NCBI GenBank assembly: GCA_046563655.1
Contig: CM102285.1
Location: 8,370,001 to 8,434,000, forward strand
Source of the DNA: Yuukianura sp. NJ FZ-2021
Lineage: Eukaryota
Reading direction: 5' to 3'
DNA: 64,000 nucleotides
Shown here: positions 28,501-42,581 of the stretch, one piece after another
Layout of the letters: each line of letters opens with the position of its first letter
Position numbering within the stretch: the stretch's first letter is position 1
Notes under the pieces: generated by a model
Seen by the model: only the letters and a program-made list of their open reading frames with translations
Databases searched by the model: none
Told to the model about the DNA's origin: nothing
Position numbers and translations under genes: made by a program

Positions 28501-31500
28501 ATAGCACCCGCTTTTCATGTTTAATTTCGGACGGTTTTTTGCTTAACATTTATTTCGCTTAACTTAAGTCGGAGTTTTGGTGAAATGCAATGCGTAAGCA
28601 ATGGATTATTCTTTGCTTAAAATCCTCTGTTCGTAGTACGACTGGATTAGGATCGCATCTGTGGTTGGAGCAACGTTGCAGTCTGAAAAGAAAGCGGAGT
28701 TGCTTAATCTCTAAGAAAGAAGAAGCGATTTAATTCAGCTCAAATGAATTTCAGAGAGACTGCTGCAGAATAGAAAGTAGGGAAAGAGCACAAGGAAGTG
28801 GCGGAGAGTCCTTGACATTCAGCTCAGATGCACCCAATGTGTTCCAAATGTGGACTTTCAAGATTTCAAATCCAACCAAACCCAAACGCATCCTTTACTT
28901 GGACGAAACTCAGCGGTTCCCTGGAACATGGCAAAGCGTCCAGAAAGATACTGCTGGCCTTAGCATTGATTCTAGCTTTTCCAAATCAAATCCTGTTTCA
29001 TTTTGAATCGCAAATGCTTCATCTTTGCCCTCAACTTTCACTTTACTTTCCAATTCCAACGAGCTTTGCAAGCCTTAAACCTTATTCATCGTTATAACTG
29101 AAAATCCTACGAACTTTTAACATACATTCTAAGAATTTTGTTTGCTGCCTTGTTAAAACGTTGGCAAATGCCCCAAAACTTGGTAACAACTCTTATTGTT
29201 GATTGTATCGCAACGAGAGCAATAATTTTGATCCTTCTATTTTCTGCAATTCCTCCGCTGTTGTCTTTTGAAAGTAGTTTACTTTGTTAGCATTTTCTTT
29301 CCTTTTGTTTGAGTTTTGGCTCCCTTTGGCTCAAGTTTCTGTAAAATGTCTTCCCGCCGAGGCTCTTTGTCGAAGAAAGTGCTGATAGTGCAGCAGGGGA
29401 AAAGACTTGGACAAAGTTCAATGCCCCGGAAGTTAGGAAGGTGATTTGGGACCTCGGCGCGGAACTCAAGTTCAAGAATTCTGGAACGGAGAAAGCAGAC
29501 TTTCTCCGTTTTTGCAGAAGACCTTCCAGAAAACTTTCGGTAAGCGTCCTTTACGCAAAAAAAAATATTGAACCCAGGGTAATACCTCATCCAGACTTCC
29601 TTGCAAAGCGCATCTCCTTACACACAGGTCGTCTGATTCCAGCAAATATTGCAAATGAACTTTAAATTTAGTTCTACGAAATTCTTCGGCGCTCGCGTGC
29701 GTAACAAGAACAACTTCAAATACGTTGAACTTTGTGTTTAGGTTGAGTAGGTGTGTAGGTATTTACTGAGACTTTATTGGTCATGTAACGGCTAACATTT
29801 TCAAAATCCGAACTTTCATGTAGTAGCATTGTCAGAGATGTTTAGAGCGTTGAAAGATGTTGTGGAGGTGCTTTAAATGGGCCTGGAGTGCCACACCCTC
29901 TGTCAACAACTGTCCATGATTATTACTGGAGCCAGTACTGGCCCCCAGCAACAGAAAGTACAAGATGTGAGTCTATTTTTAGACAGTCAATTCATCCAAC
30001 CATTGTTGAATACCCACTAAAACGCAAGTGTGGACCAGAACCACCCTCCCTCCATTTCCCTAGAAAAAATTAGAGCTGCAAGAGTTAATTTAATTGGAGT
30101 TCTGATTAATGGGGTTTGGAAATGAATGTAATTATATACAGATGCTGCAACTCCGTTCCCAACTCTTTATGGAAAAAGCAAACTGTGGATAAGCACAAAA
30201 ATTGAACGGGAGAAAGTTTCATAATTTTCATAATGGCGTGCTACCCAGACACTTTTCACTTCCTATTCTAAACCTTCCTGCTGAAAACCAAACGTGACAC
30301 GGACCATGTGAACCCTAATGGAGAAAGTAATTATTTAGAAGGCAGGTATTAATCGGATCTAACCACGTTTCTCCAGGCGGAAGATCGGAACTAAAACTCC
30401 CGGATCCTGGAATCTACCAAGCCATTGGCAATTTCTATCCCTTTTTCTAGAATCCAGTATGCGATAATTGCCAATCTAACTTTCACCATTATCGCTTTCT
30501 CTCCATGCCCAAACCAAGCCAACTTCCACTACTGAACCAAGTTAGGTTGCCTAACCTAACCTAAGCACTTCCGAAACAAGGTTGCAAAAACTTTCCCCAT
30601 TAAACCACTGCCTCCAGTTGCCAGAAACAAGATCCAGGAGAGCTGCAAACTCAAATGAAGGGCTGGTTTACCACAGAGGGAACTTTTGAATTCTCTGCAT
30701 CCACTGCAATCTCCATTGTTTGAAAAGTAAAAGTGGAGATTCATCGTAGCCTAATTATGGATCCTGAAAACCCTTGCCTAGCAACAGCATCATTTCCATT
30801 GCTAAACCACCACTGCCACAAGTGGGTTGGTCTGCCAGTGTCAGGATCTTCAACTCACGAAGGGATCATGAATCTCCAATTTGGCAGTTGCTGGGAGTGA
30901 AGGGCTTCTGTCCAAAGTGTTCCAGAAGAACAATGATGCAAGGGATAGGTGTGGTTAGCCAAGATGAGAATGGAAAGTGAAGCTTAAATTATGCATGGGA
31001 GCCCTTCATCTTCAAACCCATCTTCTCACACTCTACGGTAAGGCAAGTCCCTTCTGAAACATTGAAATCTAGCCTACTATTTATACTTGTGCGTGTATGT
31101 AGTACAGTTTCAGATTTCATGCGTCCATGCCTAACAACAACAAAGTTTTCTTTCCTGCTTTTATAGTATAAGTCCTTTTGTTTATTTCTGAATTCATAAG
31201 TCTTCAGCAGCGTGAAGTTAGCGCTATTCTTACTCTGTGTTATGCTTTGCTATCACGAATTCATCCACAGCGATTGCTAATGTGAAAGGAAAATTTCTCG
31301 TGCTAATTAAAATTTCTAATAATGAAACCGCAAGCTTAAGCTGAATGCCACATAAAAATCTTGGCTTTACATGTAGCTGAAAAGAAGGCTGGGAAAAAGT
31401 TTGCTGTTCTTCATTTTCTAAATTCGAAATTTTGATTTTTGATATTGTTGTTTTTGGAAATTGATTTGGATGACTTGGGTAATTGTACGATTGATTGATT

Positions 31501-34500
31501 TGAAATTTAATATACTGCGCATACGGTGATCATAATTCGTTCTAAAATATTTTGGACGAGTGTGCTAACAACTGTGTATTTCCAACAGTTCCAAGCATAA
31601 CGAAGTTAGTATTAAAATACTTGGCTTTGTATGCCAGAATGATGCGAGCGTCGCTAACAGGATACTCGGATACTCGTAACGTGCAAATTGCAGATCATGT
31701 CTCCCGATATGGAATTCCTTTGAGTTGATTTTCCGCTTGAGCTGAGTCGGCCTATGCTAATCTATTCATTACACATTAAATCTCATCTCTTCCTTCTGAT
31801 CTCTCCGAATTCTGTTCTGTAAACAATAGGATTGAATTCCTTCTGAAAGTGATCTCCTTATGTGTACTCTTCTCTCTCCTCTTCAGTCCTGAGTCAAAGG
31901 TTAAATTAAAATTTCACTCTTCTTCATATAATACGTCGGCATACATTGTTCATGTTCCAACAAGGAGATGAAAGCCCGGAGAAGACAAAGGGAAGAGGAG
32001 ATGATGATTGTGTAATGTTTGCCTAGCATGCATGGACCACAAAGGGAAGCCGACATAAGGGAGATGAACTTTCAGTATATTATTAGAAGACGCTTCATAA
32101 AAGATGATTTCCAGTGCAGGGAGGGCTCTTGGCTCCGGGATTTAATGCCTTTCTGCACAGTGAAACACCGAAGGACTAATGAACCTCCCATCCACCTTTG
32201 GTTCTGTGGGTGGTGCTCCTCATTAATCCTGAAAATTCAGGCTTTTTCAAAAGAGGATTTTCAAAAACGAAGTTTCTTCCGGGCAGAGCTGAAAGGTGCG
32301 GAAAGGCTTATGATGAAGAAAAAGTTTGTTCTCAAACTCTGTCAAAATTATAATTATTCACTAGTTCTTTTCTTATGATTTCTTCATTATGTTTTCTCCA
32401 GGGGAAGGGTGGAAGAAGGCTTTGGATAGGATTAGGAAACAAAGCGGTTTAGCGTTGAAGAAGAAGCGTTGCGGGAAAAGTGAAAGCAGGGGGAAAGACG
32501 CTTAGCAGAAGAAGGCGTTCAACTGAATCTGTACCGAGTGAGCACAAATTTTCACTTTGACTTTCTCCCATTTTTTTATGCATTCTTAGGGAAAATGTTG
32601 CCTTGGACCTAGCCCAATCCAAACAGAACCTAACATGACCTTGGAGAAAACTTTCTCCGGGATGGAAATTTTTTACATCCAAAAACTATCGGAAAGCGGA
32701 GATACAAAAGAAAGCGAAAGTTGGTGTCTTGTGAGAAACGAAGGAAGATGTGGCAGCGGAAGGGAGAAAATTTCTACATCCTTTTCTTTTCCTTGGAGTG
32801 ACGACGACGATGGATGTTTGGAGCGGGAAAAAGAAAGTGAAAATGGATTTGAAAGGGAAAGTGGCGGGAGGAAGGAGCTAATGAAAGTGAAGGGAGAAAG
32901 CATGCGTCTGCATAATTTATGAGTCTCATTACCAGCCCTATGAACACAGCTCATTTCTAATATTCTTCTTCTACAAACCCTCAAGCTTTTCTTCAAAAAC
33001 GTACCGCAACCGCACGTCTCCGTACCGCGCCTCGGTCTTCGTTCTCAAACACTCCAAAACACTTTGCAAAAACCCTCATTAGGTTATGCTGGCATGCCCC
33101 ATTACCAAAGTTCCTTCCAAGCCAAAACAAAACCAAGACCCGTGTTTTCTGGAAGAAGGAGGTCATTGAGGTCAACTCTAAGAAAACATTATGTTTCATA
33201 GTCTATTTAAATTTCTTGTTGGCCTAAAACTGTATAGCACGAGTTTAACATTTTAAACGGAAAAGTAGAAAGTTTTTTAACAAGAAAATATGAGTTGCTG
33301 GACCAATTTTGTTTATTCTTCTAGGCAGAACCAAATTACAGTCCGAAATTATAGCTCGAGGCAACAACATACGCAATTAACTCCAAATGGTGAATGCGTG
33401 TACTCCAATGTTGAAAAGAGCGTGTAGATGAAGCTGTGTCTGTTAATTAAGTGGCCTAGAGTGATTTTAAGAGACTGGATAGAAAGATTTGGTTTTAGTG
33501 TTAGGTGATTGGAGGCCATTCATTAGGTTAGACGATTCTACACGTGGAGGAGACGCACTGTACGAACAGAGGGTGACAACCCTGTGATTCCAACTGGAAA
33601 TCTGCACAGAGCGTCAGGAAGATGAAATGGAGTCATCAAAACCAGCACTAAGCTTAGTTCATCAGTTCAAGGTGAAGGAGAGTCATTGTGCAGACTATTC
33701 ACACTATCTTAAAAATGCATTTCAAATGAAAATGATCCAATGGTTGTAAGAATTGAATTGAAATTTACACTTGGACTGGTTGATACATTGGCTATTCTTG
33801 AATAAGGACAAAGTGCAATTCCCTGTGGACAACTGACAGGGTCCAGAATGGGACTCAAATAAATTGACTTCAAATCGACACCGCCCTTTTCGAGACTTAG
33901 TTTTCCATTTAGAACTGGAAGATTTGAAATGGAGATAGCTCCAGTTGGGTTGGATAAGGAGAATTTGGCAATATAGGTGTGGCTGGAAATTTAACACCAA
34001 ACAAATCATAGAGGCTATTGATCACATCACGAAGGTCACATCTGCCCAGGTCATCACGCGTTTCGAGAGAAAATGAGAGCCGTATAAAATTGACGTGACA
34101 AATTGGAATACCTCTTGAGAATTACCAAGAATCCAAAGTTACCATCCTATACATTTGGAAAGCACAAGTATTAATTAACTTTTAGTAAACTACAATAACT
34201 ATACTAAAAGTTCAAAAAGCAATCTCATAGATACTGAGTGTAAGTCGAGACAATAAATTGCGTGTTTTAATTACTACCGGATTACATTTTTACTCATTAG
34301 AATTTTATGATCTTGCTGGAATTGCCTTTATGTCGTGAATCCAAATAATAAATTTTAGAAAAATGAAATCGCTAAAAAGAATGACAAATCGATGTTTACT
34401 ACTTCAGAAGTGAATCCATTTCTTTTCTGTGGCTCTCGGTTCGCTTCTCGTGAGAATTACGGTCTCGTGTTGAACTGTATTCAAGGAATTCAATTACTGT

Positions 34501-37263
34501 TTCGTTACATGGTTCCATATTCCAAATTACATCGGACTATACATGGATTCATCAATCAGATTCAAAATGCATAAAGTCATGTTGTCCCGCTGCGGAAGTC
34601 ATAACTAACTTACTGCAAACGCCCTTTTAGCAAAAGTCTAAATGTTCTGGAACATTTTCTATGCAGCGAGAACACCGGGCTGAATTTTTGGACAGCATGG
34701 GATGCTGCAGAACACGGGACAAGACTAGACTCGGTCACTTCTAGCTCATTCAGCGATACGCATCGTTTTTTACACTATTCACACCAAAAATCCGTAAAAC
34801 AAAACAGGAAATTGAATTCGGAAAACTTGCTAACTACTGCAGTTCGTTTTCGTCGTTCCTGGTATCTTCCAAAAGCTACAATCATTTCACACCCACACAA
34901 TTCGTTTTATAAAAACTCAAATTTCAAATTTTCTTATATTAATAAGACGAATTTTTAAATAGCACAAAACACAATTTTTGAAACTCGAAGCTTTCATGAG
35001 TTGTGTATTATTTTCGTAGTGAAGCTTTGATTGAGAAATTGTTCACGAGGGTTCATATTATTTTTGGTTGTTGATTTAAAATTCAATTAGTCTAATAGAG
35101 ATTCAATAGAAGATTGAATTGGTTTTCACCCTTCTTCCTTGGGGTGGAGAGAAAGTGAATTGGGAAAACAAGAGCCATTTCATTAAGAAGTGATTGAATT
35201 AAAGCCCAACAGGAAATTGGATAACGTGTAAATTAACTTTTACAAAATCCAACAACCACAATGTACAATGCACCTTGGCTGCTTTCCAGTGACTCCTACT
35301 AAATTCTAAACAGAATTCAGTTGCTCCATCCACCAAACCCCAAAGATTATACTTCTTTTGAAGAAATATTATACCGATTGCATGCCAAAAATGTGTAAGC
35401 CCAGAGCAACACTTCCAAGGGCCAAGGAGCGATTCCAGCCCGCGCCTTCAGTGATGCCAATGAGAACAGGATTTTATGACTCCGCTACAATAAGGCCATG
35501 GAGCCTTATGCCTCCAAGCTCCAGGGTGACAGCCCAGTGACTGAGTGCATTAATACATTCAACGTCTATTAAAAAGCCCAGTAGTGAGTAGTGTGCGTAG
35601 GGAGAAAGTGCGTAAAAGTGCGTCTAGAGTTGAATTAACAGCCTTCTAGATTCAATTTATGGCCTTTGCATGCTTCCTAGTCAAAGTACATTTGGGATTG
35701 TAAGCTAGAGAGTCTGAATTCACTTTATTTGGAGCAGCCTTAATTCAATGGATATGTTCCCAGCACATAAAAATCCGAAAAATTAAGAATCACTTTTCTC
35801 AGAATTGGTTCCCGAAAGAAGAAAAAACGCTGGGAAAAAACCGAAATGTAATTTTCTGGTTTTCTTTTTTCCATTTTCAGGAACATGTGTCATGCGTGAC
35901 ATGGTGTTAAGGAATTTATTTTTTCTAAAAAAGTTACATGAGGAGATGAAAGTCTTTGCCAAAATTATGAATGTCATAAACTACGCATGACATGGGTTCT
36001 GACAGAAAAGTGTTCCTGGGGAGGAAAATTTTGAATTTTGTTGACATTTTCCTGAAAATGTTCTGTTTATTACAGAAAATTGGAAAATTGCGGAAACATT
36101 TCACTGTTTGGATCGTGATATAGTAGAGTGGAGGTGTTGATTATTTTTGAAATTTCAGGAAACTTAAAAATCCTGAAATAGCATCCTACTGAGCGTTGTT
36201 TTGAAAGTATAAAACTGTACACGGAAGTTTTAATGGTTTTGGAGATTTATTCGGAAGCAGAATTCGAGGAAGCGAAAGAAGCGAGCGCTATACAGCGCTA
36301 GATGCTAGGAAGCGTTTGCTCAGGCGGAAGTGTTTCATCCTATGAATTACATTAACGCCTTCATTGCCAAGCCTCAGGATCTAGGTCTTCCAGCTCAGAA
36401 TTTAATCAAGCCGAGATGGGCCAAACGAAGTCTAAGGTTTAGTTTAACCTATGCAATGCTTAGAATTCTGCTGCAGTGTTTCCAGGAAAGGAATTCCAAA
36501 CTTCCTGGAACTGTATCTTATTTTATGCTAAAATTATGACAGTATTATGCAGTCACTTACTTCTTTGACTTCCAGCGTCTCTTTATGGCACCTAGCATCG
36601 CTGGAATCTTGAAAATTGAGAAGCTCCGAATCTAGTTCACTGAGGTAAGGATTGTCCAAGAGGTCGCGCAGAAGAGGCCAAACGAAGACGAAGCACTTTG
36701 AAGGGCTTTCCGTTTTCAATTTGGGGAGGATTTTGAAAATCTCTGCCTTTTCGAAACGAAGTTTTTGAAGTGAAAGGTAAGCGGCTTACGCTGCAACCAA
36801 GGTCTTCCCGCTTTTCTGTTCGCCTTTTTGGCTTCAATGACGGTCAGAGCTGATGTTCAAACGACAGTGTCTCTAATGGCCCTTCGTGTGTTTTTGAACA
36901 TTCCGCGACAATTGAAACGCTTGAGGAGTCAAGGACAAACGGAAGCATTTTGTACTTTTCTGTCTCCATTATCCCTTTAGGATTCGGAAGAATGCGTATT
37001 TTGAAAGTGTGAAATTCAATTGGCACTGTCTGGGTCATTTTACAATTCTGTACATTTTTGTATTTTTAGTGATACTAAACTGTCACTAAAAGGAAATAAA
37101 CTTCGATGAGTTTCAAAAAATTCGAAATTCTCAAGGGGTTGTCACTCAACCGCACCGATTTTTTGTGCCCCTAGGCAAACAATTGCTTGTTTTTCTTAGA
37201 AACATTCAATTTTTAGAAAGCGTTCACCCAAAGTCAAAATCATTTCATTCACAGTTGACTTAC

Positions 37264-38060
37264 GTTTTATACTTGGATTTCAACAGTACAAGAAATATTA
37301 GAAAAATGTTTGGATCTGGCTAGAGTCACTCGACAGTCAAAAACTCAAATGTTTTTTGAAGTTCCAGCGAGTGTCAATGACAGCAACTTTTCGATGGCAA
37401 GTTTGGCAGCAGGAGATGACGTGTTTGAATTTTTTAAAAGTTGTAAAAAATTGGACTGAAGAAGGCTTTCAAGAGAAGTCCAACAATGGAAAGCAGTGTT
37501 ACAAATCGGTTCTGGTTTTGACACTTTTGTCAATTCGAGCCAACACAAAACTGATGTCGTAAACTTTCAGTTACATTTACATTCGTTGAGCTCTGGAACC
37601 AATCAACTGCTGAACATGTCCGTGTACAATAATGCACAACTTTTTTTGTGCATGCTGTATAAAAGCACACTTTTTCGGTGCACAAAAGTTTTTTGCATTC
37701 ATGACCTCCAACTTTTTATTGTCAAACTTTTTCCAGAGTTTTCCCACGCACGCTTAAAAGAAAAACTTGGCTTCCCTAAAAACTTTTCTGTGTTTTTGTT
37801 GTTTTGGCTTGTTTATGCGTAAGATGCACGTTTCTGTTTAAACTTTTGACAGCCCGAGAAGTTGTTTTGTTACTTCTTCCAGATAGGTGCACGCACTTTG
37901 ACCTTCGACCCTGTCACTGTCACTAGTCTTTGACACTGAGTCATCTGAGTCATTGACACTTTGGCTTGACAACAGAGACAAGATGACAGCTGAAAAGGGC
38001 CGACGTGATGGGTACTTGGATAAGGGCCTGGCACCCTGTCCGATAAGGGCTACAGCTTCT
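37264..38060 (-). promoter_or_regulatory. Probable distal promoter and non-coding first exon of the NCKAP5-like gene
   Basis: Minus-strand AAC|GTAAGT donor at 37263, Inr-like TCAGT at 37935-37939, tandem TGAGTCA (37937-43, 37946-52), several TGACA/TGTCA and two GATAAGGGC. Confidence 0.45.
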
Positions 38061-40395
38061 ATTAAACTAGAAACCCTACACTAAGGCCCTATGACGAACC
38101 CTAAAGCCCGAAAACTAAACTGTTTTGAGGTTTGAGCAGAAGAGCTACGGTGGGTCCTAGGTCGATGAAGCTTGGAAGGAGACTAAAGTGGTCCTATGGC
38201 GAACATTGGCCTAAAACCTAACCTAAACCTTGCAAGAGGGGATCGCACGCATCAAGGCAGAGTGCGTACAACAGCAGCAGCGTTTGTTTCCAACAGGATC
38301 GAGCCTTGTCTTGTTCTTTCCCTTTAACATTCTAAACGCTTACGCACAAAACTGAAGCTTTTTGGACTTACTCATAGTGCGGGCCCATTGCACAATTATA
38401 TTCAGTCACAAAAAAGCGATTTTCGGTTACCCAGTACTATGTACTAGCACTACCTAACTAAGAACGAGTAAAAGTGTAAGCAGATCCAGTAGAGTTAAGA
38501 TGATCCAGTGCCAACAGATGAATCGGAGATACTCGTATGCCCAAGCTTTACAAATTTTGTAATGAAGAGGATGACTAAATGGGTTCTAAATTTGGACTAA
38601 TTTCAGATAGTGTCACTCTGCCATTAGACTTCACAAGATAAAAGACAATTGAACGTGATTAGTCCATATACAGTTGGATGGAAATGGGATATTATGGTTT
38701 GTATATGAATGTGTAGGCGTTCTGCCGCTGGGTTTCAGCTATTTGACACCCCAGATATCGGGAGTCTGAATTTATGTTTTCTGGGTCAGAGGTCAATAAG
38801 AAAATTATTCCAGAGCAGGGAGTTCTAGAAGGGCTTGGATTGTTACATCCATAGCTTTACCATAATCATTTTCAAATAATACTTTAACAATAATATTTCC
38901 TTTTGAAACGAAAAATGCTTTCAACCAAAGCCTAAAAGCTACGGAAGTTAACTTTAGTATGGACAAACATGAGGGTGTGTTTTTTCATCTGACTCTTATT
39001 GTATCAGGAAGTGTTCAGTTTCTCCGGGCTTTTTAGTTTATCGATTTAGGTGAGTGTAGGCGTTGGAGGGTGGATTTGTGATGATGTTTGGAAAACCCGG
39101 AATCAAATTGAACGTGCCGTAGACTTCCCCGAGAAACTTCCAAATCTAAACAATGGTTACCCGCATCAACTTCAAAAAACCCTTAAAAAAGTGACTCGAA
39201 AGGGGGATGAAAGTGCTGCTGCTGCTCCACCGTTGGAAGCTAATTCACGTCCAGATTAATTCAAGAGGGAGATAAGGCCTTGACATCATCCCTCTGGCCT
39301 CTGAACATAATTTCCAAGAGCCACGCCGAACTGTAAAGTGGAGATTAGAGATCACTGTGTTGCCATGACTACGGAGCTACGACACTGCTGTGAGCAGTAT
39401 CCCATATGGACTACTAAAGGCTAGGGGAAGATGGGGGAGGAAAGTGCTGTGGCAGGGGTTGTTTTTTGTTGGGGAAAAGCCAGGGGAAAGAAATAGGAAA
39501 TAAAATAATAGGTTGCGTCTGGTTCGAAATCAACTCAACTATTCTTTTTTGGTAAAGTTCTGTAGGGGGTATAAGGTTAGGGAAGCGTTTAGAATTTTCA
39601 ATGAAGCTTTAGAATCTAGAAGGGGGTTGAAAGTGAAGTTGAGCATTGTTGAATTTGGGGCTACTGCAAGAGTCAAATCAGCGTCTTTCAGTTTCACCCT
39701 AACTAAATTTCATTTGATCCAACCCTCTCTGTGTTCCAGAAGAGCCTTTGGTAAAGTGGATACAGATTTCAGTTTCTTTTGAAATGGGGTACTCAAGGGT
39801 AGGAATTAATAATGGATTCATGGGTGAACAGGCAACAATCTAATGGTGATAAATAGGAACCAAGTGTCGCCTAATGTCACCCAAACAGTCATCTGTCACT
39901 CTCTCCCGTCTGTCACCGTGTCACTGTAACACAAATCAGACAACCGAGAACAAAAATTAAGCGATTCTTCTCCATGCGATCTAGTAATGAACAATGAACT
40001 GAAATTATTCATTTTTGTTGAAAGATTTTGCTTTTTGGAATACTTTGCCCAAAATTTTGAGATTTCAGCAACTTTCGAGAAAGTTTCAACTTTTTCAGAA
40101 AGTACAATCTGGAAAACATAACTTTAACCTAACTTTGCACAAAATGCTTTAGGTTTTCTAGACAAGCAGTGAAAGATCGAGGAAAAAATTCATTCAAGAT
40201 ATTTTTAATTTTTAAATTCCAGTGTATCCGAAGGACGCTGATCGTCTCAGCGCATGTTCGAAGAAATAAACAAACGAATTGCAAACAATCAAATTTTTAA
40301 TCTTGTACTAAATGATTAAATGTGCAATTAAAATATGAAATCCATACGTCGTCATCAGTAGCTGGCCAACCTCTAGGCTATCAAAGTTATCCAAC

Positions 40396-40638
40396 ATGTG
40401 TCATGCTTGGAAGACAGTTCTAGTTCTCGTCATCCTGTCCGCGTATACTTTTTTGACGCTTACGAATAGAGATTTCGACCAATATCCAGCTCAAACCAAA
40501 GACGAATCTTCACTGAACCTTGACATCGCCGTTGACGCTGGGAATTTAGACGACAAGTCGCATATCATTGTCAAAAGAAATGGCGAAGAACGTTCAGCAT
40601 CGCTAAATCAGAAGCCTCCGGTCGTGGTCAAGCGTTGA
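40396..40638 (+). CDS. Orphan 80-aa secreted peptide precursor candidate, single exon
   Basis: Inr-like TCAGT 40355-59, CAACATG start, hydrophobic N-terminus (VLVLVILSAYTFLTLT), two KR sites and AATAAA 40712-17. Confidence 0.6.
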   Translation: MCHAWKTVLVLVILSAYTFLTLTNRDFDQYPAQTKDESSLNLDIAVDAGNLDDKSHIIVKRNGEERSASLNQKPPVVVKR

Positions 40639-41185
40639 ATTCGAACTTAAGTAACAGATCTAGGTCAGCAAGGTTTAGCTAAAATTGAACAATGCGAATT
40701 TAGGAGAATACAATAAACAGTTTAAGATTTCTAAATTGAAATTGATCCAATTAAAATGTGTTTACTTCACTATAGGGTTAGTTAGTTAGTTTACAATGTT
40801 AGATGGGCTACTAATTCGAAGAGCACAAATCCTTCGTTCTCTACTACACAGAAGTTTAAGTCAAGGTCATCCGAAGAAACCCTTGGACTTTCCCTCTGTG
40901 AAGTAACTTTCAAAGATTTATGTACATGGCAGCATTCGCTAGTTTCAAGGAGCGCTTTCAAACATTTTTCCAGACGCTTTTCCCCTTTCTCGTACCTTAC
41001 AATAACAATTATTATTAACTTAACTAGCCAATTATTTATCTAAAGGTTTACTACCGGCACGCAAAGGATGAATTCATCAATCACCAATTTTCTAATATAT
41101 TCTTGATTTCCCATTGTTTCATATTGATAACTCCTACGTATTTGTCCTACTTTGCCAGAGTGAATTTGTTGATGACTTTTTGAAA

Positions 41186-42035
41186 TTAGTGGTGAGCTGC
41201 TGGGGCTGCTGGATCTTGATAACCTGGTTGTTCCTCCGGATTATGCGGCCAGAACGTTGGACGATTGACTGGATCAAATGCCGTGTCAGGAAAAGCGTAA
41301 TAGTAGTCTTCCTTGGTCATCTTCTCGAATGGCAACACCTTGTCCCACTTAGCGATCTCAGCCTGGTATTGAGTAATGCGCTTGTTGGAAGCTGCAATGA
41401 ATTCTTCCGTTTGTTTGAGCTGCAATTGGAAACAAAAACAGAATACAAGAAATTAGAAATGGATAACCGGCAATCGGATATAACATAAACTTCACGGTTA
41501 ATTAAACTAAAAGATTTCTTCGTTTAGAGCCATACTCGGACTGTGCGAATGCGAATTTATACTCGTAAGTTACGAGTCGTAACTATTCATTTCTGCCTCT
41601 GAACTTACTGCTTGCTTCTCTTGTTCGGCGATCTTCGGAGTCAAATTTTCACCAGGAAAGGGCACCTTGACAGCCTCATATTGCTTTTGAAATGAATCAA
41701 CGAGTCCAGCCACTCCTACCTTGCTCTTGTAAAATGCAAAGTCGATTTTTGGGGCGCTCTCCGGATTAGCGTAAACTCTGAAAATAAACAGCATACGGTT
41801 GCATTACATTCCATAGAACACAACATGTAGTGCTTAATTGCTGAATCCAATGTGAATCTTAAGCTAACTTAATCTTTCAGTCTGAATGAAAGTTGAATGT
41901 TTAACTACGTTACCGTCGCAAGTAGTTGTCGCTCCGAGTTTTGAGAGCGATGAATTGTGTCTTTTGATTCTCGGGCACTCTTTCAGCAATCTTGGCCCAT
42001 TCGATAGCGGACTTTGTAAATCGTTTCGTAGCCAT
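41186..42035 (-). CDS. ATP5PD: Mitochondrial ATP synthase subunit d; exons 42035-41914, 41777-41609, 41419-41186
   Basis: MATKRFTKSAIEWAKIAERVP...PKIDFAFYK...LVDSFQKQYEAVKVPFP...LPFEKMT...PTFWPH, with canonical in-frame introns. Confidence 0.96.
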
Positions 42036-42136
42036 CCTAACAGAAACTAATTGAAGAAGAAAAGCGAATTAGCAAGGAAATGAGCAATCGATAAGCAAAA
42101 TTAGGAAATTGGCAAGAAAAATACCGACTGACTGAC

Positions 42137-42168
42137 CTGGTTACTGCTATGCAAAAAAGGGAGAGGAG
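42137..42168 (-). promoter_or_regulatory. Pyrimidine-rich (TCT/5'TOP-like) start and short non-coding first exon of ATP synthase d
   Basis: Minus strand reads CTCCTCTCCCTTTTTTGCATAGCAGTAACCAG|GTCAGT; the acceptor lies 1 nt before the ATG. Confidence 0.55.
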
Positions 42169-42581
42169 TGGAACCAGAATGAAGTGTGAAGCAGATGATT
42201 CTGCCATGCGTAAAAATATGGGTTTTTAAAATAGCAGTGTTGGGCATCTGTTTAGGAAATTCAAGCTGACTTTATGACCATACTGTACAATTCCTGCTAA
42301 TTGTACATTATGAGGTGTATATTTTGTAGTAAATTGTTGCTTTAAAAATATTTATTAATCAATCATAGTCAGTCGAATTTAAACATTTAGGTCAAACCAA
42401 ATCAGTTAAAATCACAATCAGTTAAAACTCTAAAAATAAAACTACAAATAACTTACTCTTTTGCTAATAATAGGCATCCATCCTTATTCTGTATGGACAA
42501 CAACGTCGCCGCGGCCGCGGCACCAAAGAAATTAAAATTGGAAGACGGAGGTCACGACATGACGTTCTTCGTCGTTCGATG

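Noticed and set aside
34641..34707. Sm-site-like AATTTTTGG between two small hairpins
   Set aside because: No U4, U5, U7, U11 or SL RNA signature upstream; the motif is expected by chance in AT-rich DNA.
8390..39782. Numerous 60-125 aa ORFs in the large introns
   Set aside because: Mostly TTG/GTG starts, F/K/L-rich composition typical of AT-rich non-coding DNA, no domains.
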